Origin: the human T2T-CHM13v2.0 reference genome, Homo sapiens
DNA: 64,000 nt
NCBI RefSeq assembly: GCF_009914755.1
Contig: NC_060928.1
Reading direction: 5' to 3' (one strand)
The notes under the pieces are model-generated. The model saw only the letters and a list, made by a program, of their open reading frames with translations, was not told where the DNA came from and did no database searches. Positions 1 to 13,500 of this stretch are shown here, piece by piece; the stretch's first letter is position 1, and each line of letters starts with the position of its first letter. The translations under genes were made by a program, and so were the position numbers.

Positions 1-3000
1 ATAGGATATGGATTGTATATTATATTTTAATCATTTATCTGAGCATGACTGAAAAAAAAAGAAATCCCTAATCCTTGGTTTAGGGATTAGCATATAGATA
101 TAGCTCTCTGCACACTGGGAATTCTGTGGTGATGAATATATAATTCTACACGCAGTCAATCATACTAAAATAATAGGGATAGGGAAATGGGTGTAGACCC
201 AATCTTAAACCTTACCTGCAAAATTGGGTGCTAAATGGGCATTTAGGGTTTTAAATGTATATATATATATATAAATTCGAAGTAATGATCAGAGAAGAAC
301 AACACTTTAATTCTACTGTGTCCCAGACCAGTAGATGAGCTCAATATGTATTCCTGTGCAGCAAACTCAGGATTTTCAGAGCACCATAAAAGCTTTTTAT
401 TGTACACTCCAATGCTGTCATCCGCAGTTAGCTAACAAATATGATAGGTTTTTAATATAATCCACTCCGTCTTTGCCAGTGCTCCTTGTATGTTACATCA
501 TCTTTATACGGGCCAAGAGTTTGTTTTCCCCAGATGGCCTTCGTGAAGCTGCTGACAGCCCTTCTGACTGAGAAACTGTAGAACAGCAATCTTCCAATTC
601 ATTTAGTACTACTGACAAAGAGAGAGCTGTTGATATCCTGATGCAAAAGCACTCTATCAGGCATTACATAGTGTCTGTGTTCTCAGCATGTTTTGGGCGT
701 GATAAGTCATAGCACATGCTTTTTGACATCTTTCTGCATTTCACTGCTGTGTAGAGTTTCCTGGAGTTGAAATCAGGGTGACAGAATGTAAAAAGCCAAG
801 TGTGACATCATCAGCAACTGGTAGCAGTCACTGTATCATAAATAATACTTTGCAGACGTGTCAAAAATTAAGTTGCAAGAAGTTCATCATAATTTCTTTG
901 AAGAAAATTTGAAATACATGGTTTTACTTATTTCCACACACCGATTTTACCCAAGTAGAGATGAAGTACAGAAATATCTTTAACTTAATGTTTTGTATTA
1001 AGTTAAAGGAAAAACCATTTGGTGAGTCTGCTCAGCGAATGGGCTAGAGTTTTTGTTGTTTTTTTTTTTAAACAATTGAAAAAAAATTGTTTTTTGTCTT
1101 TTTTATAAATAGTTTTTTCCTTTAAAGTGAGATCACATATCAGTGACTATAGGTCCCACAAAGCAATGGGTGGCACTGCACAGGAGGTGGCTCTGCTGCG
1201 GATGGAATGTCTCCTGATTATGATTACGTCTTGGTATTAATAAGGACGGCAGCTGCAGCAATCTGTTCAATTTTATGCAAATTAGCTCTGGCCCTCTGGC
1301 TTCTGGCTGGTGGCCAAGACAGCCTTTGGCTGGGTAAAGTTAGGATTTATGCTTTATTCTACTGCTGCAAAGGTTTATTTAATTATCTGTATTTATTTAA
1401 AGCAGAACAGTACAAAGCAATTCTGCATTTTGGTCAACTTTGTGATGGCTGAATTGTGTGGGATTTCCCACCCACCCACAAGCTAGTTTGAATCATTGAA
1501 TACATGAATCATCTAATATGTCCCTAAAGAATAAGAAGGGTTGACTCTTCTCATTACTTTCTTTGGTAATAAAGGGCTCAAGGTGATTTCTCCTCACTGT
1601 ACTTTGAAGGCCTGTGAAATCAAATAATGCAGAATAGCTGACATAGTAAAACTTCACTAGCTGGAATTAGGTGAGGGAGACCACCTGAATAAAGGAACAT
1701 TATATAATATTTGTAAAGAAATGCATAACTACTATTTCCAAATATGTATACCTAACAACCCAAAAGGATCTAGCAAGCTATGGTCAAGCAGGTATTCTCC
1801 TATGCCTGTTTTCATGTATCCATATAATTATTTGTAATTATCTCAATTTTTATATATCTGCTATGTAAAATATTTAAAATAATTTTTTATCGTGTATGAA
1901 TTAATTATTCCCTTTACAGGTTTATAGTAAAGCTAATTGGTGTGACAAACTGATTTTTTACTGAAGAGTATATACAGGAACTTGAGCTCAGCTCATGTCT
2001 TAAATTTCAAACATCAGAATTAATGAAGTTATGGGAAAATTTAAATATGTTTTTAATGGCCACCTATAATTCATCAATTTCATATGCCGTAAGGTAACAT
2101 GAAACATGGCTTGGCACCCATTTCTGAACTTGCTTTACATATTTTATTATAATTGTCTTTGTGATCTTTTTTGGTTTTCATAAATTCACAGTTTCCATAA
2201 ATACCATTAATTAAATATTTCATAAGACACTTGGGATGTGAGAATCTTATATCCTATTTTATCAGCTAAATCATCTGCAATCAAATTTAAAGCCACAAAA
2301 AATGTAGGGATAGCACCCACCACCTTCAGCTACTTGTACTAAGATTTCGGCATTAGATTGTTCCTTCTTTCTGTTAATCTAGGCTCTTATGGGCCTTCTT
2401 TTATTTTAAGCACAGATTCAGCTGACAGCCAGCACTTGTTCTGGTTTTGAATCAAATGCTGGCAGTGTTCCCAGAATATGAACCAGTTGTTTCTTTTACA
2501 CACTCTCTCATTGTCCCTCACCATCCCAACTGCTTTCAAAGCAACGTGCCATAACCAAACTTACACTTGCTTTAATGAGAATTAAAGTGCATGAATCAAA
2601 GCAATGCTTCCCGTGTGAGCACTGACTATCTCTGGGGTAAATTAGGACAGTTGATACGCAATGTAATAGAAGAAAATGACAAAAATAAACTTGGACAAAA
2701 GGCATCTCCTCTTTCAAACTGAAGCACAGAAATTATGTGTATATAAACAAGTTTTCCCTGAATCATTTATTTCCCCATTATTTTAGCTATTGGAAGTATG
2801 ATCTAAAAATTATCCTATAAAGGCACCAATAGCAAATCCTCCACTTTCATCTTTACACATACTACTCTTTTATTTTTCTGGTAATTACCTGCATCTTATT
2901 TTCAATTACCCATCCTCTTTATTGCTAAAATACATCTTTAATGTGACAGTATTTCTGCTATTATGGTGAAGTAGAATGTTATCTATGTCTGTGCTAGGCC

Positions 3001-3254
3001 CTGTCCAATGATACTACTTTCTAACGTTCTGAGAGGGTGTTTTATTCCAGGCATTCCTGAGCAAGCAGTTGAAGGTCAATATAAATATGGGGTCCTACTA
3101 TGACAATCTGTATTTATACCACAGTGCTAAAAATTAATCATTATTTCAAATAAGGAGATTTTAGGCATCTAATCCTTTCATATTGTGAAAAAGACCACCT
3201 CATTTTGCTTTTGAAAAATGCTAATTTTAGAATGTGCACATTTATAAAAAAAGT

Positions 3255-3510
3255 AAACAATAGAAATGCATAATAAAAGAGGACTGATTAAATAAGTTAT
3301 GGTACATTTAATATATTATTATACAGACATAAAGCTATTAGCATGGAAAAATTGTGATATTTTATAAATTGAAAATAGTGAGTTATATTTGTTTCACATC
3401 CACACAAACACGGACAACTGAGAGATATACATATCTGCATCAGGGTTACATATTTATACTTTGCTACACAGATGGGAAATAACTTTATTTTATGTAACTG
3501 ATCTATTTTC
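3255..3510 (+). mobile_element. Degraded ancient L1ME-type 3' fragment
   Basis: GGACTGATTAAATAAGTTATGGTACAT resembles the L1M ORF2-end/3'UTR motif; highly diverged, boundaries approximate. Confidence 0.4.
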
Positions 3511-3576
3511 CTATTTCCTTTGCTGCTGAGCCGTAGGAAATAAATGTAGGGATAAGTTAAGTTGCCAGTAACAGTA

Positions 3577-4087
3577 CAGCTGACTCTTGAACAATATGGG
3601 GTTTAGGGGTGCCTAAACCCCACATTTTTTACTCTTTTTGCAGTAAAAAAAATCTGTGTACAACTTTGGACTCCCTCAAAACTTAACTACTAATAGCCTA
3701 GTGTGGACAAGAAGCCTTGCTGATAACATAGTAGATTAACACATATTTTGTATGTTATGTGTATTATATAGTATATTCTTAAAGTAAGCTAGAGAAAAGA
3801 AAATGTTAAGAAAATCCAAAGAAAGAGAAAATATATTTACTATTTATTAAGTGGAAGTGGATCACCATAAAAATCTTCCTTCTCATCATCTTCATGTTGA
3901 GTAGGCTGAGAAGGAGCAGGAAGAGGAGGGGTTGGTCATGTTGTCTCGGGTTGGCAGAGACAGAAGAGGTGGAAAAGGCAGAAGGGGAGTCAGAGGCAGG
4001 CACACTAGGTATAACTTCTATTGAAAACAATCCACTTACAAGTGGACCTACACGATTCAAAGCCATCTCTCATTCAAGGGTCAACTG
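3577..4087 (-). mobile_element. Tigger2a-type internally deleted DNA transposon (TcMar-Tigger)
   Basis: TIRs CAGCTGACTCTTGAA...TTCAAGGGTCAACTG, TA on both flanks (3575-76, 4088-89), internal GA-rich acidic-tail remnant typical of Tigger2. Confidence 0.9.
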
Positions 4088-4986
4088 TATTTTATTTTAA
4101 TTTTTCTTATTTAATATTCCATCAAAAGATATGGTATCTTTGTGGTAAATGCTTTTGTTTTTTTGAATTTCCATATACTTCCTCCACGCTCATGCCCACT
4201 GATTTTCTCTGGATGACAAGAGGGTGACTGGGAGATTTAATGCTTTTCTGGCTGTTGAGAGGAAAGGCCTCATTTTCCCAGTGGCTTTTGATCTGTGCTA
4301 ATTTGTGTATCTCATTTCTTTCTGCCCTTGTACTTGTGTTTATTAAAGAGGGGCTCCGTCTTTACTCTCAGGGTTTTATGCTAGTACCAACCATTCAACT
4401 TAATGGCCCTGGCCACTCATATCTAGTCTCCAAGTCCCTGATCATTATGCTCCTTGGCTCCACTAGTGCCAAGCCAACCTAACAATTTTGTGTTCCTTCA
4501 AGGAGGCTAATTGGTATTTCTGGGTACCAGCTAACCTTCTAAAGTTCAAAGAAGGCAGAAATCCTGTGTCAGGCTCACCTCCCTCTGCCAATGTCATGCT
4601 ACTAGTCATCTTGTTGGTTTTGGTACCAAACTGAAGTTTTGCCTCTTCTAGCAACTTGCATCTTTCCTTGTATGGGCATTAGAAAGTTGATACTAGCTCT
4701 AATGTCCTCAAGATTGGCCTGTGCCAATTTGAATGATTCAATGGCATTCTCCTTCAATGATAGTCCAAGAAAAAAAAACAATAAAATACGAGCACTTGAT
4801 AAATTCCTCTTTCCTCATTTCTTCTTTCCATACTTCCCTAGACCAGAAGAGGTGGACTTTACAGTTTCTCTTCCTCTCTAGAAGGGGCATTCTCTATCCC
4901 TGGGGGCATTAAAGCTCACAGGTTAACCTTAATAATGTATACTCCCTACACAGATAGGTAATACTCTTGATAGCAAAGCAGTACTG

Positions 4987-5372
4987 TGTCTTAGTCTGCT
5001 TTGTGCTGCTACAACAGAAGAGCACCGACTGGGTAATTTTAAACGAACAGAAATTTACTGATTCGCCATTCTGGTGGCTGGGGAATCCAAGATCAAGGGG
5101 CCGGCATCTGGTGAGGGCTTTTTTGCTGCATCCTTCTAATGTGGAAGGGCAAAGAGAGAGTGAGAGAGAGAGAGACAAAAGGGGAGCAAACTCATTATTT
5201 TACAGGAAACTCATTCCTATTATAACAAACCCAGTCTTGAGCCCTCATAGCCTAATCGTTTCTTAAACTTTCCATCATACAACACTGTTCATTGAGAATT
5301 AAGTACATGCTTTTTGGGAGACATATTCGAATGCAGTACTTGCTTTTTGGGAGACATATTCGAACCATAGCA
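4987..5372 (-). mobile_element. MaLR solo LTR (MST/MLT1A-like)
   Basis: Ends TGTCTTAGTC...CCATAGCA; internal GGCTGGGGAATCCAAGATCAAGG motif. Confidence 0.85.
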
Positions 5373-5812
5373 ACTAAGAACTAGGGATTCCTAAGAAAAA
5401 AAGCACATTGTTTACATTAGAAGTTCATTAGCCCTGTTATATAGAGGCATGCTTACATATATATTTATATACATATTTACATACATATACATACATACAT
5501 ATATAACAGATTGGTATATTATGAAATACACATTATAAAATAAAGAGTAGTTTCCATTTTTGTATATTTATATGATTTTTTGTTTTATAATATACCAAAT
5601 ATTATTTAACCTGGGTGACAGGATTGAGTGATTTTTGTTTTCTTTCATCATACTTATTTTTATATACTAAAATTTCCTAAAATTAGTACACATTTTTAAT
5701 AATAAAATAATTTATTGAATAAGAAAGTGCATATTTGATAAACATCAGACATCAGTCTAAGAATTTGTTCTAATTTGAGTAGCATCTTCCATAATATTTA
5801 AAACATTTCTGA

Positions 5813-6122
<310 letters not shown>

Positions 6123-8849
6123 TAAAACATTTCTGGTAAAAACATCAACAAAATAATTACTATAAAAGTTTAACTTAAAAATTTCCATGAGTTTGAGTGT
6201 TTAAACTATTTCTCAGAGTGTATATGCTAAGTTGGTTATATCTCACATTTAGCGGAGACAGCCAATTATATTTAGCATAGACAGTTCTTTATGTAGAAAC
6301 TGAAGCTCTGAGGTAGTTACCTATAAATAATGCTAAGTGGTTTCTCTAACCTTGGGTAGAGCTCTCTGCAGGGATTATTAGTCACCTGAACTTGGCCTTA
6401 ATGGGCAATTGTCAAGAATATTAAGTAATGTGTACCAAAGCTACCAACAGCTGATCTGCACGTGGAGTTCTGCATGTGTTCAGCGTCTACAGTCTGAAAA
6501 ATCACAACACATCTTGTCAATTTCTTCCCCTAGAAACACACACACATTTAATTGGATCAAGACCTCTAAATGCTTTAGTCTTGAAACAAAATAGCCCTGA
6601 TATAAAGGTTTTATTTCCCATTTATTCCTCTTGGACTGATGGCTTAAATTCTGTAAATGAATGTGCAGACTATCACAACAGATTTATTCTGTGTATGAGT
6701 TATACATTGAAAACAAGTCTTCTTAAAATTTGAAACTAAGTTTAATGTGCATATTGAAACATGTTAAGTTTGCTATATTTAATCATTATTTATTTTTAAT
6801 AGTAAGAGCTGAAGCTAATTCTAAACTTAGCTAAGTGCTCAGTCTCGTGGAAGGTCTTTGAAGTCAGGCTGAGAGATGTGTTTATGGATATTAAATAGCA
6901 GTGCAGAGCTTTGTTGAAAATAAGAAATATTTTTATTCTCTGATCTCAGAATACATTAACATATATAGCTGTCTGCCATATAGATATCTTGCAGAATATT
7001 ACACTATTTCATTTTGATACAAATTCTAGTTTTAAAAAATACAGCATTATTTTCAGCAATTATTTGAAAATTCACTTTACTGAGTATTTGCAGATCATCT
7101 TATATTTCATGGAAAACCATCTCTGTGAGATCATATGGAGATGCTGAAGTAAAAATTAGTGTAGGCTGTAGGAAAGCAAAGCTTGATCTTACAAACCTCT
7201 GTCTTCTACTTTAGTGTGCAACAATGATTATCTGGCATTTAAGCACTGTGTTAAGTGGAATGATATTTCTCTGAATCCAATATTTGCACTATTATTTGGA
7301 CAGAGTTTTTTTGCTGTTCAGTATGCCATCTCGAAAATAAGTCTATTATTCCTGGGTGGTCACTGTAAATATAGCTTCAAGCATATAAAATATAAAAAGC
7401 ATGCATGAAATATGCCAGTATATTAAATTAACATCTTGCAAAAAGCCCCTCTCCAAAATCCAGATGCTTATATTGCTTTTGACAGACTGTAGGCGGTAAA
7501 GTTTTAACTTTAAAGAAGGGGTTCTCTGTTTCTGTTTTCAAGTTAAAAATAATGAAAGGAAAACACACTGAAATTCCCACATTATTAAATAAAACATTTA
7601 AGTGGCCAAGGGCCAATCATTGTCACGCCATGAACAAATGCCTTACGGTAATATGTTCCATAACTGTTTGCTAAAAACTACCAATTTTAACACATTTGCA
7701 CATGATTAGACACCATAAAAAGTTGCTTATTGAAGCCAGTGTCATAACACTGTTACTCATGCCCAAGGGGAGGGAAGCTTCAACGCAAACCTGAACAAGA
7801 AAGGTGGTGGGAAATAAGTTCCACGTTGTGAAAACAGATCATAAGTAGATTTGCCAAATGGCTGACTCCATTCGATGGTCACAAGTTCATAACATCACCA
7901 TCACAAGACTGTGCAGAGCTAAAAAAAAGTTTTAACTGAGGAGCTTTTCTAAGCAATTAAAATATGCAAAAGTGGATGATTAAAATTAAATGTTTGAGAG
8001 ATCTGTTTGACCTTACACATTTCCATATTTGGAAAATAAATGCTTTATGGAAAGAGAAAATTTAGGTTTGTTTAATGCATGTGAGCTCTCCCCTACCAAA
8101 AAAAGAAAAAGAAAAAGGAAAAGAAAAAGTAAACTTGTATCATATCTAACAATTAATATGCTGAGACAAAACAAAGCAGAACGCATTTTTCAAGTTTTAA
8201 TATGATCAGAAGTTATGCTATCATAAAAACCAAATAACGATAGAAAACTGAAAGCCTAATCCAAAATCTACTGTGTGAAATAATGTTCTTGAGGAAATTT
8301 GACTGACTTATCATTGAATTGTTTACAATCTGTCCCCAATCCTTATCCACAATTCTGATAAGCTGACAAAAATTCTGTTTTTAAGTTTGCAGAAATCTCA
8401 TTTGTCAGCAAACTTATCCTAAACTGACATGAGGACATATATGGTATTTAATTATGTTACATAACAAATAATTATTTATAGAAAACATATGCATTTAATT
8501 AAGGATCACTGCCCTTGCCTTCACTGGGAGCGTTATGTAATAGAAAATATCTGCCTGTATTACTTTTCAAAATGCCAAGCAATTCTGAATGTAGAAACAC
8601 CTATAGCCCCATATGGGTTATACGTGCTTCTACATACAATGGTGTACCATACACATACACATGCACACACTATAATTTGTGTAATGTAAAATATTATATA
8701 TAAAATATGATATAATACATATTGATATAAAATATATACATTACCAGATTCAGAAAAAGAGCAACAGCATGACTTGAGACAACACTTTACTTATATTAAG
8801 ATAAATGTTTAGAAAGTGAAATTACATTAGAAATTAAATAGCACAACCT

Positions 8850-8990
8850 TATTTTTCAGATGTTGGGGCTGTGTGTAGAAAAGTGACATGATTGGCCCAA
8901 ATTCAAATATCTGGTAGAGTCAGAATAATCAGCCCTGAAACTAAAGTTTCCTCCTTTCCAGGTTAGAGCTTTTTCCTACTACACCATGCA
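8850..8990 (-). mobile_element. MIR fragment
   Basis: TTTTCAGATG...TGATTGGCCCAA...CTACTACACCATGC matches the antisense MIR core, highly diverged. Confidence 0.5.
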
Positions 8991-9013
8991 ACATTCTCTT
9001 CTTGGGTCAAGAG

Positions 9014-9302
9014 CTGCACTGTCCAACAGAAATATGTCAGCCACATATGAAATTTAAAAATTTCTAGGAGCCACATTAGTTGATGATAAAATTTTTATTC
9101 AACTCAATGTACTCAACATGTTATTTCAAAATATAGGCAACATAAAAAAAATTAATGAGATATTTTACATTCTTTTTTTCTTCCTAAGTCTTCACAATGT
9201 AGTATGTATTTTATATTGAAACCACATCTCACTTTGAACTAGCCACATTTCTAGTGCTCCATAGCCATATGTGACAAGTGGCTATCAAGTTGAATAGTGC
9301 AT
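9014..9302 (+). mobile_element. MER33 (hAT-Charlie MITE)
   Basis: CTGCACTGTCCAA...TTGAATAGTGCA termini, AGCCACAT repeats, degenerate 8-bp TSD GTCAAGAG/TTCTAGAG (Charlie NTCTAGAN target). Confidence 0.85.
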
Positions 9303-9490
9303 TTCTAGAGTATCTAAAACTGAAATGAAGATTCCACTTTTGGGGTGAAGAAAACTGACAACCTTGGAAAAACTAGGAACAAATCAACTATTATTCTGCT
9401 CGTTGTTGATTGTTATTGCTATTATAATAATTGTTGGAAAAGTCAAGTGCTCATATTTACAAAATTAAGATGAGATCGAAATATGGTATG

Positions 9491-9934
9491 TATGTTAGTT
9501 ACTGGAGCTGCCATAATAAAGTATCGCAAATTGGGTGGCTTAAAACAACAGAAATATATTGTTCCACAGCTCTGGAAGCTAGAAGTCTGTGATCAAGGTG
9601 TTGGCAGGGTCCTGCGTCCTCTGAAATCTGTAGAGAAATCCTTTCTTGCTTCTTCCTAGCTTCCTTGGCATTGCTTAGCTTTCAGCTGCATAACTACAAG
9701 CTTCATCTTCATTATGACATGACGTTCTTTCTGTGTGTCTCTATCTTCACATGGCTGTCTTCTGAAAAGGACACCAGTCATATTGATTATACCATTCATA
9801 CTGGAATGGGGCCCACCCAGTTCCAATATGACCTTATCTTAACTAATTTCATCTGCAAGAATCTTATTTCCAAATAAGGTCACATGCTGAGGTACTGGGG
9901 TAGAGGACTTCACAACACAATTCAACCCATAAGA
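9491..9934 (-). mobile_element. MLT1B/C-type MaLR solo LTR
   Basis: GGGTGGCTTAAAACAACAGAAAT...CCAAATAAGGTCACA...CAACCCATAA; 5-bp TSD GTATG at 9486-90 and 9935-39. Confidence 0.88.
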
Positions 9935-10079
9935 GTATGTGTTTGTTGAACAGCTAGTGAAAAACAAACTGACAAAAAGACTTTTTTATAAACAAAATTT
10001 TATTAAAGTGATTCAGAATTTATGTTAAATAATGTATATATAGTTAACATTATAAGGATATTAAGCATACACATTTTAC

Positions 10080-10567
10080 TTTTTAACATTTTATTTTTGT
10101 TTTGTTAATTATCATAGATTTAGAGGCACAAATACAGTTTTGTTACATGGATATATTTCATAGTGATGAAGTCTGGCCTTTCAGTGTAAACATCACCCCA
10201 AAAATATGCATGGTACCCAATAAGTAATTTCTCATTCCTCACCCTGTCCCACCCTTCACAACTTTTGGAGTCTCCACTATCCCTTATTCCACTCTCTGTT
10301 CATGTGTACACATTGTTTAGCTTCCACTTATAAGTGAGAATATGTGGTATTTGACTTTCTGGGTTATTTCACTTAGGATAATGACCTCCAGTTTCAACCA
10401 TGTTGCTGCAAAAAACTTGATTTCATTTTTTATGGCTGCATAGTATTCCATAATATATATGTATGTTTCCTTTATCTAATCATCCATTGACAGACACTGA
10501 GGTTGATTTCATGACTATGCTATTGTGAATACTGCTGCAATGAACATACAAGTGCAGGTGTCTTCTT
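10080..10567 (-). mobile_element. Older L1 (L1PB4/L1MA-like) 3' end; left part of an interrupted element
   Basis: T-rich tail, then the antisense 3'UTR (GTGATGAAGTCTGGCC...CATCACCC); resumes colinearly at 18055. Confidence 0.85.
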
Positions 10568-13500
10568 TTTTTTAACTTTTAGGTTTGGGGGGTACATGTG
10601 AAGGTTTGTTACATAGGTAAACACGAGTCACGAGGTTTGTTATGCAGAGTATTTCATGACCCAGGTATTAAGCCGAGTACCCAATATTATCTTTTCTGCT
10701 CCTCTCCCTTTTCTCACCCTCCCCCATCAAGTAGACCCCAGTGTCGGTTGTTTCCTTCTTTGGGTTCAAAAGTTCTTATCACTTAGCTCCCACTTACAAG
10801 TAAAAACATGCAGTATTTGCATGCATGTGTCTTTATGGCAGAATAATTTATATTATTCTGGGTATACACCCAGTAATGGGACTGCTGGGTCAAATGGTAG
10901 TTCTGCTTTTAGCTCTTTGAGGAATTGCCGTACTGCTTTCCACAATGGTTGAACTAATTTGCAGTCCCACCAACAGTGTATGAGTGTTCCCTTTTCTTGG
11001 CAACCTCACCAGCACCTGTTATTTTTTGACTTTTTAATCATAGCCATTCTGAGTTGTGTGAGATGTGGTTTTGATTTGCATTTGTCTAATGATCGGTGAT
11101 ACTGAGCTTGTTTTCATATGCTTGTTGGCTGCATACATGTCTTTTTTTGAGGAGTGTCTGTTCATGTCCTTTGGCCACTTTTTAATAAGGTTGCATTTTT
11201 TTCTTGTAAATTTGTTTAAGTCCCTTATAGACGGTGGATATTAGACCTTTGTCAGATGCATAGTTTGCCAAAATTTTCTTCCATTCTGTAGGTTGTCTGT
11301 CTACTCTGTTGATAGTATCTTTTGTTGTGCAGCAGCTCTTAAGTTTAATTAGATCCCATTTGTCAATTTTGCTTTCATTGTGATTGCTTTTGGTGTCTTT
11401 GTCATAAAATATTTGCCTGTTCCTATGTCCAGGATGGCATCGCCTAGGTTATCTTCCAGGGTTTTCATAGTTTTGGGTTTTACATTTAAGTCTTTAATAC
11501 ATCTTGAGTTGATTTTTGTATATGGCATAAGGAAGGGACCCAGTTTCAACCTTCTGCATACAGGTAGCCAGTTATCCCAGCACCATTTATTGAATAGGTA
11601 GTCTTTTCTCCATTGCTTGTTTTTGTCAGCTTTGTTGAAGATTAGATGGCTGTAGGCGTGCAGCCTTATTTCTGCACTTTCTATTCTGTTCCATTGGCCC
11701 ATCTGCCTGTTTCTGTGCCAGTTCCATGCTGTTTTGGTTACTATACCATTATAGTGTAGTTTGAAGTCAGTTAACGTGATGCCTCCAGCCTGGAGCTTTT
11801 TGCTTTTAGCTTTGGCTATCCAGGCTTTCTCTTGGTTCCATATGAATTTTAAAATAGTTTTTTCTAATTCTGTGAACAATGTTATTGGTAGTTTGATAGG
11901 AATAGCATTGAATCTGTACATTGCTTTGGGAAGTATAGGTAGTATAATGATATTGATTTTTCCTATCCATGACGATGGGATGTTTCTCTACTTCTTTCTC
12001 TCTTCACTTATTTCTCTGAGGAGTGTTTTGTAATTCTCATTGTAGATATATTTGACCTCTCTGGTTAGCTGTATTTCTAGGTATTTTATTCTTTGTGTGA
12101 CAATTGTGAATGGGATTACCTTTCTGATTTGGCTCTCAGTTTGGCTGTTGTTGATGTATAAGAATGCTAGTGATTTTTTGCACATTGATTTTGTATCCTG
12201 CAACTTTCCTGAAGTTGTTTATCAGCTGGATGAGCTTTGGGGCTGAGGCTATGGGGTTTTCTAATTATAGAATCATGTTGCCTGCAAACAAAAATAGTTT
12301 GACTTCCTCTCCTTCTATTTGGATGCTCTTTATTTGTCTTGTCTGATTCCTGTGGCTAGGACTTCCAAATACTATGTTGAATAGAAGTGGTGAGAGAGGG
12401 CATTCTTGTCTTGTGCTGGTTTTCAAGGGAAATGCTTCCAGCTTTTGCCCATTCAGTATAATGTTTGCTGTGGGTTTGTCATGTGTGGCTCTTATTATTT
12501 TGAGGTATATTCCTTCAATATCTAGTTTATTGAGAGTTTTTAACATAAAGCAGTGTTGAATTTTATTGAAAGCCTTTTCTGCATCTATAGAGATAATCAC
12601 ATGGTTTTTGTCTTTAGTTCTGTTTATGTGATGAATCACATTTATTGATTTGCTTATGTTGAACAAACCTTGCATCCCAGCAATGAAGCCTACTTGATCA
12701 AGGTGGATTAGCTTTTTGATGTATTGCTGGATTTGGTTTGCAAGTATTTTGTTGAGGATTTTTGCATTGATGTTAATCAAAGATATTGGTCTGAAGTTTT
12801 CTTTTGTGTGTGTCTCTGCCAGGTTTTGGTATCAAGACAATGCTGGCCTCATAGAATGAGTTACGGAAGAGTCCCTCTTCCTGAATTTTATGAAATAGTT
12901 TCTGTAGAAATGGTACCAGCTCTTCTCTGTACCTCTGGTAGAATTTGGCTGTGAATTTCTCTGGTCCTGGGCTTTTTTTTGGTTGTTGTTGTTATTGGTA
13001 GGCTATTTATTCCTGATTTAATTTGGGGACTCATTATTAGTCTGTTAAGAGATTCAATTTCTTCTTGGCTCAATCTTGGGAGGGGTTATGTGTCTAGAAA
13101 TTTATCAATTTCTTCTACATTTTATAGTTTGTGTGCCTAGAAGTTTTTATAGTAGTTTGTGATGGTTATTTTTATTTCTGAGGGGTCAGTGGTAACATCC
13201 CCTTTGTCATTTCTCATTGTTTTATTTGGATCTTCTCTCTTTTCTTATTAATTAATCTAGCTGGTTTTCTATGTGTTTGATTGATTTTTTCAAAAAACCA
13301 AACTCTTAGGTTTGTTGATCTTTTGAATGGTTTCTCCTGTCTCAGTTTCCTTCCATTCAGCTCTGATTTGTGTTATTTCTTGTCTTCTGCTAGTTTTGGG
13401 ATTGATTTGTCCTTGCTTCTCTAATTCTTTTAGTTGTGAAGTTAGATTGTTAATTTGAGATCTTTCTAACTTTTCTATATGGGTATTTAGTATTATGAAT

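Noticed and set aside
63-88. 9-bp-stem hairpin AATCCCTAA/TTAGGGATT containing a telomere-like TTAGGG
   Set aside because: A single short stem, expected by chance in 64 kb; no telomeric array
1207-1452. 81-aa hydrophobic ORF in unique sequence
   Set aside because: No homology recognised and no promoter or splice support; the region looks more like regulatory DNA
5302-5364. CRISPR-like 30-bp direct repeats
   Set aside because: Only two copies with a 3-nt spacer, inside a primate LTR, and no cas genes
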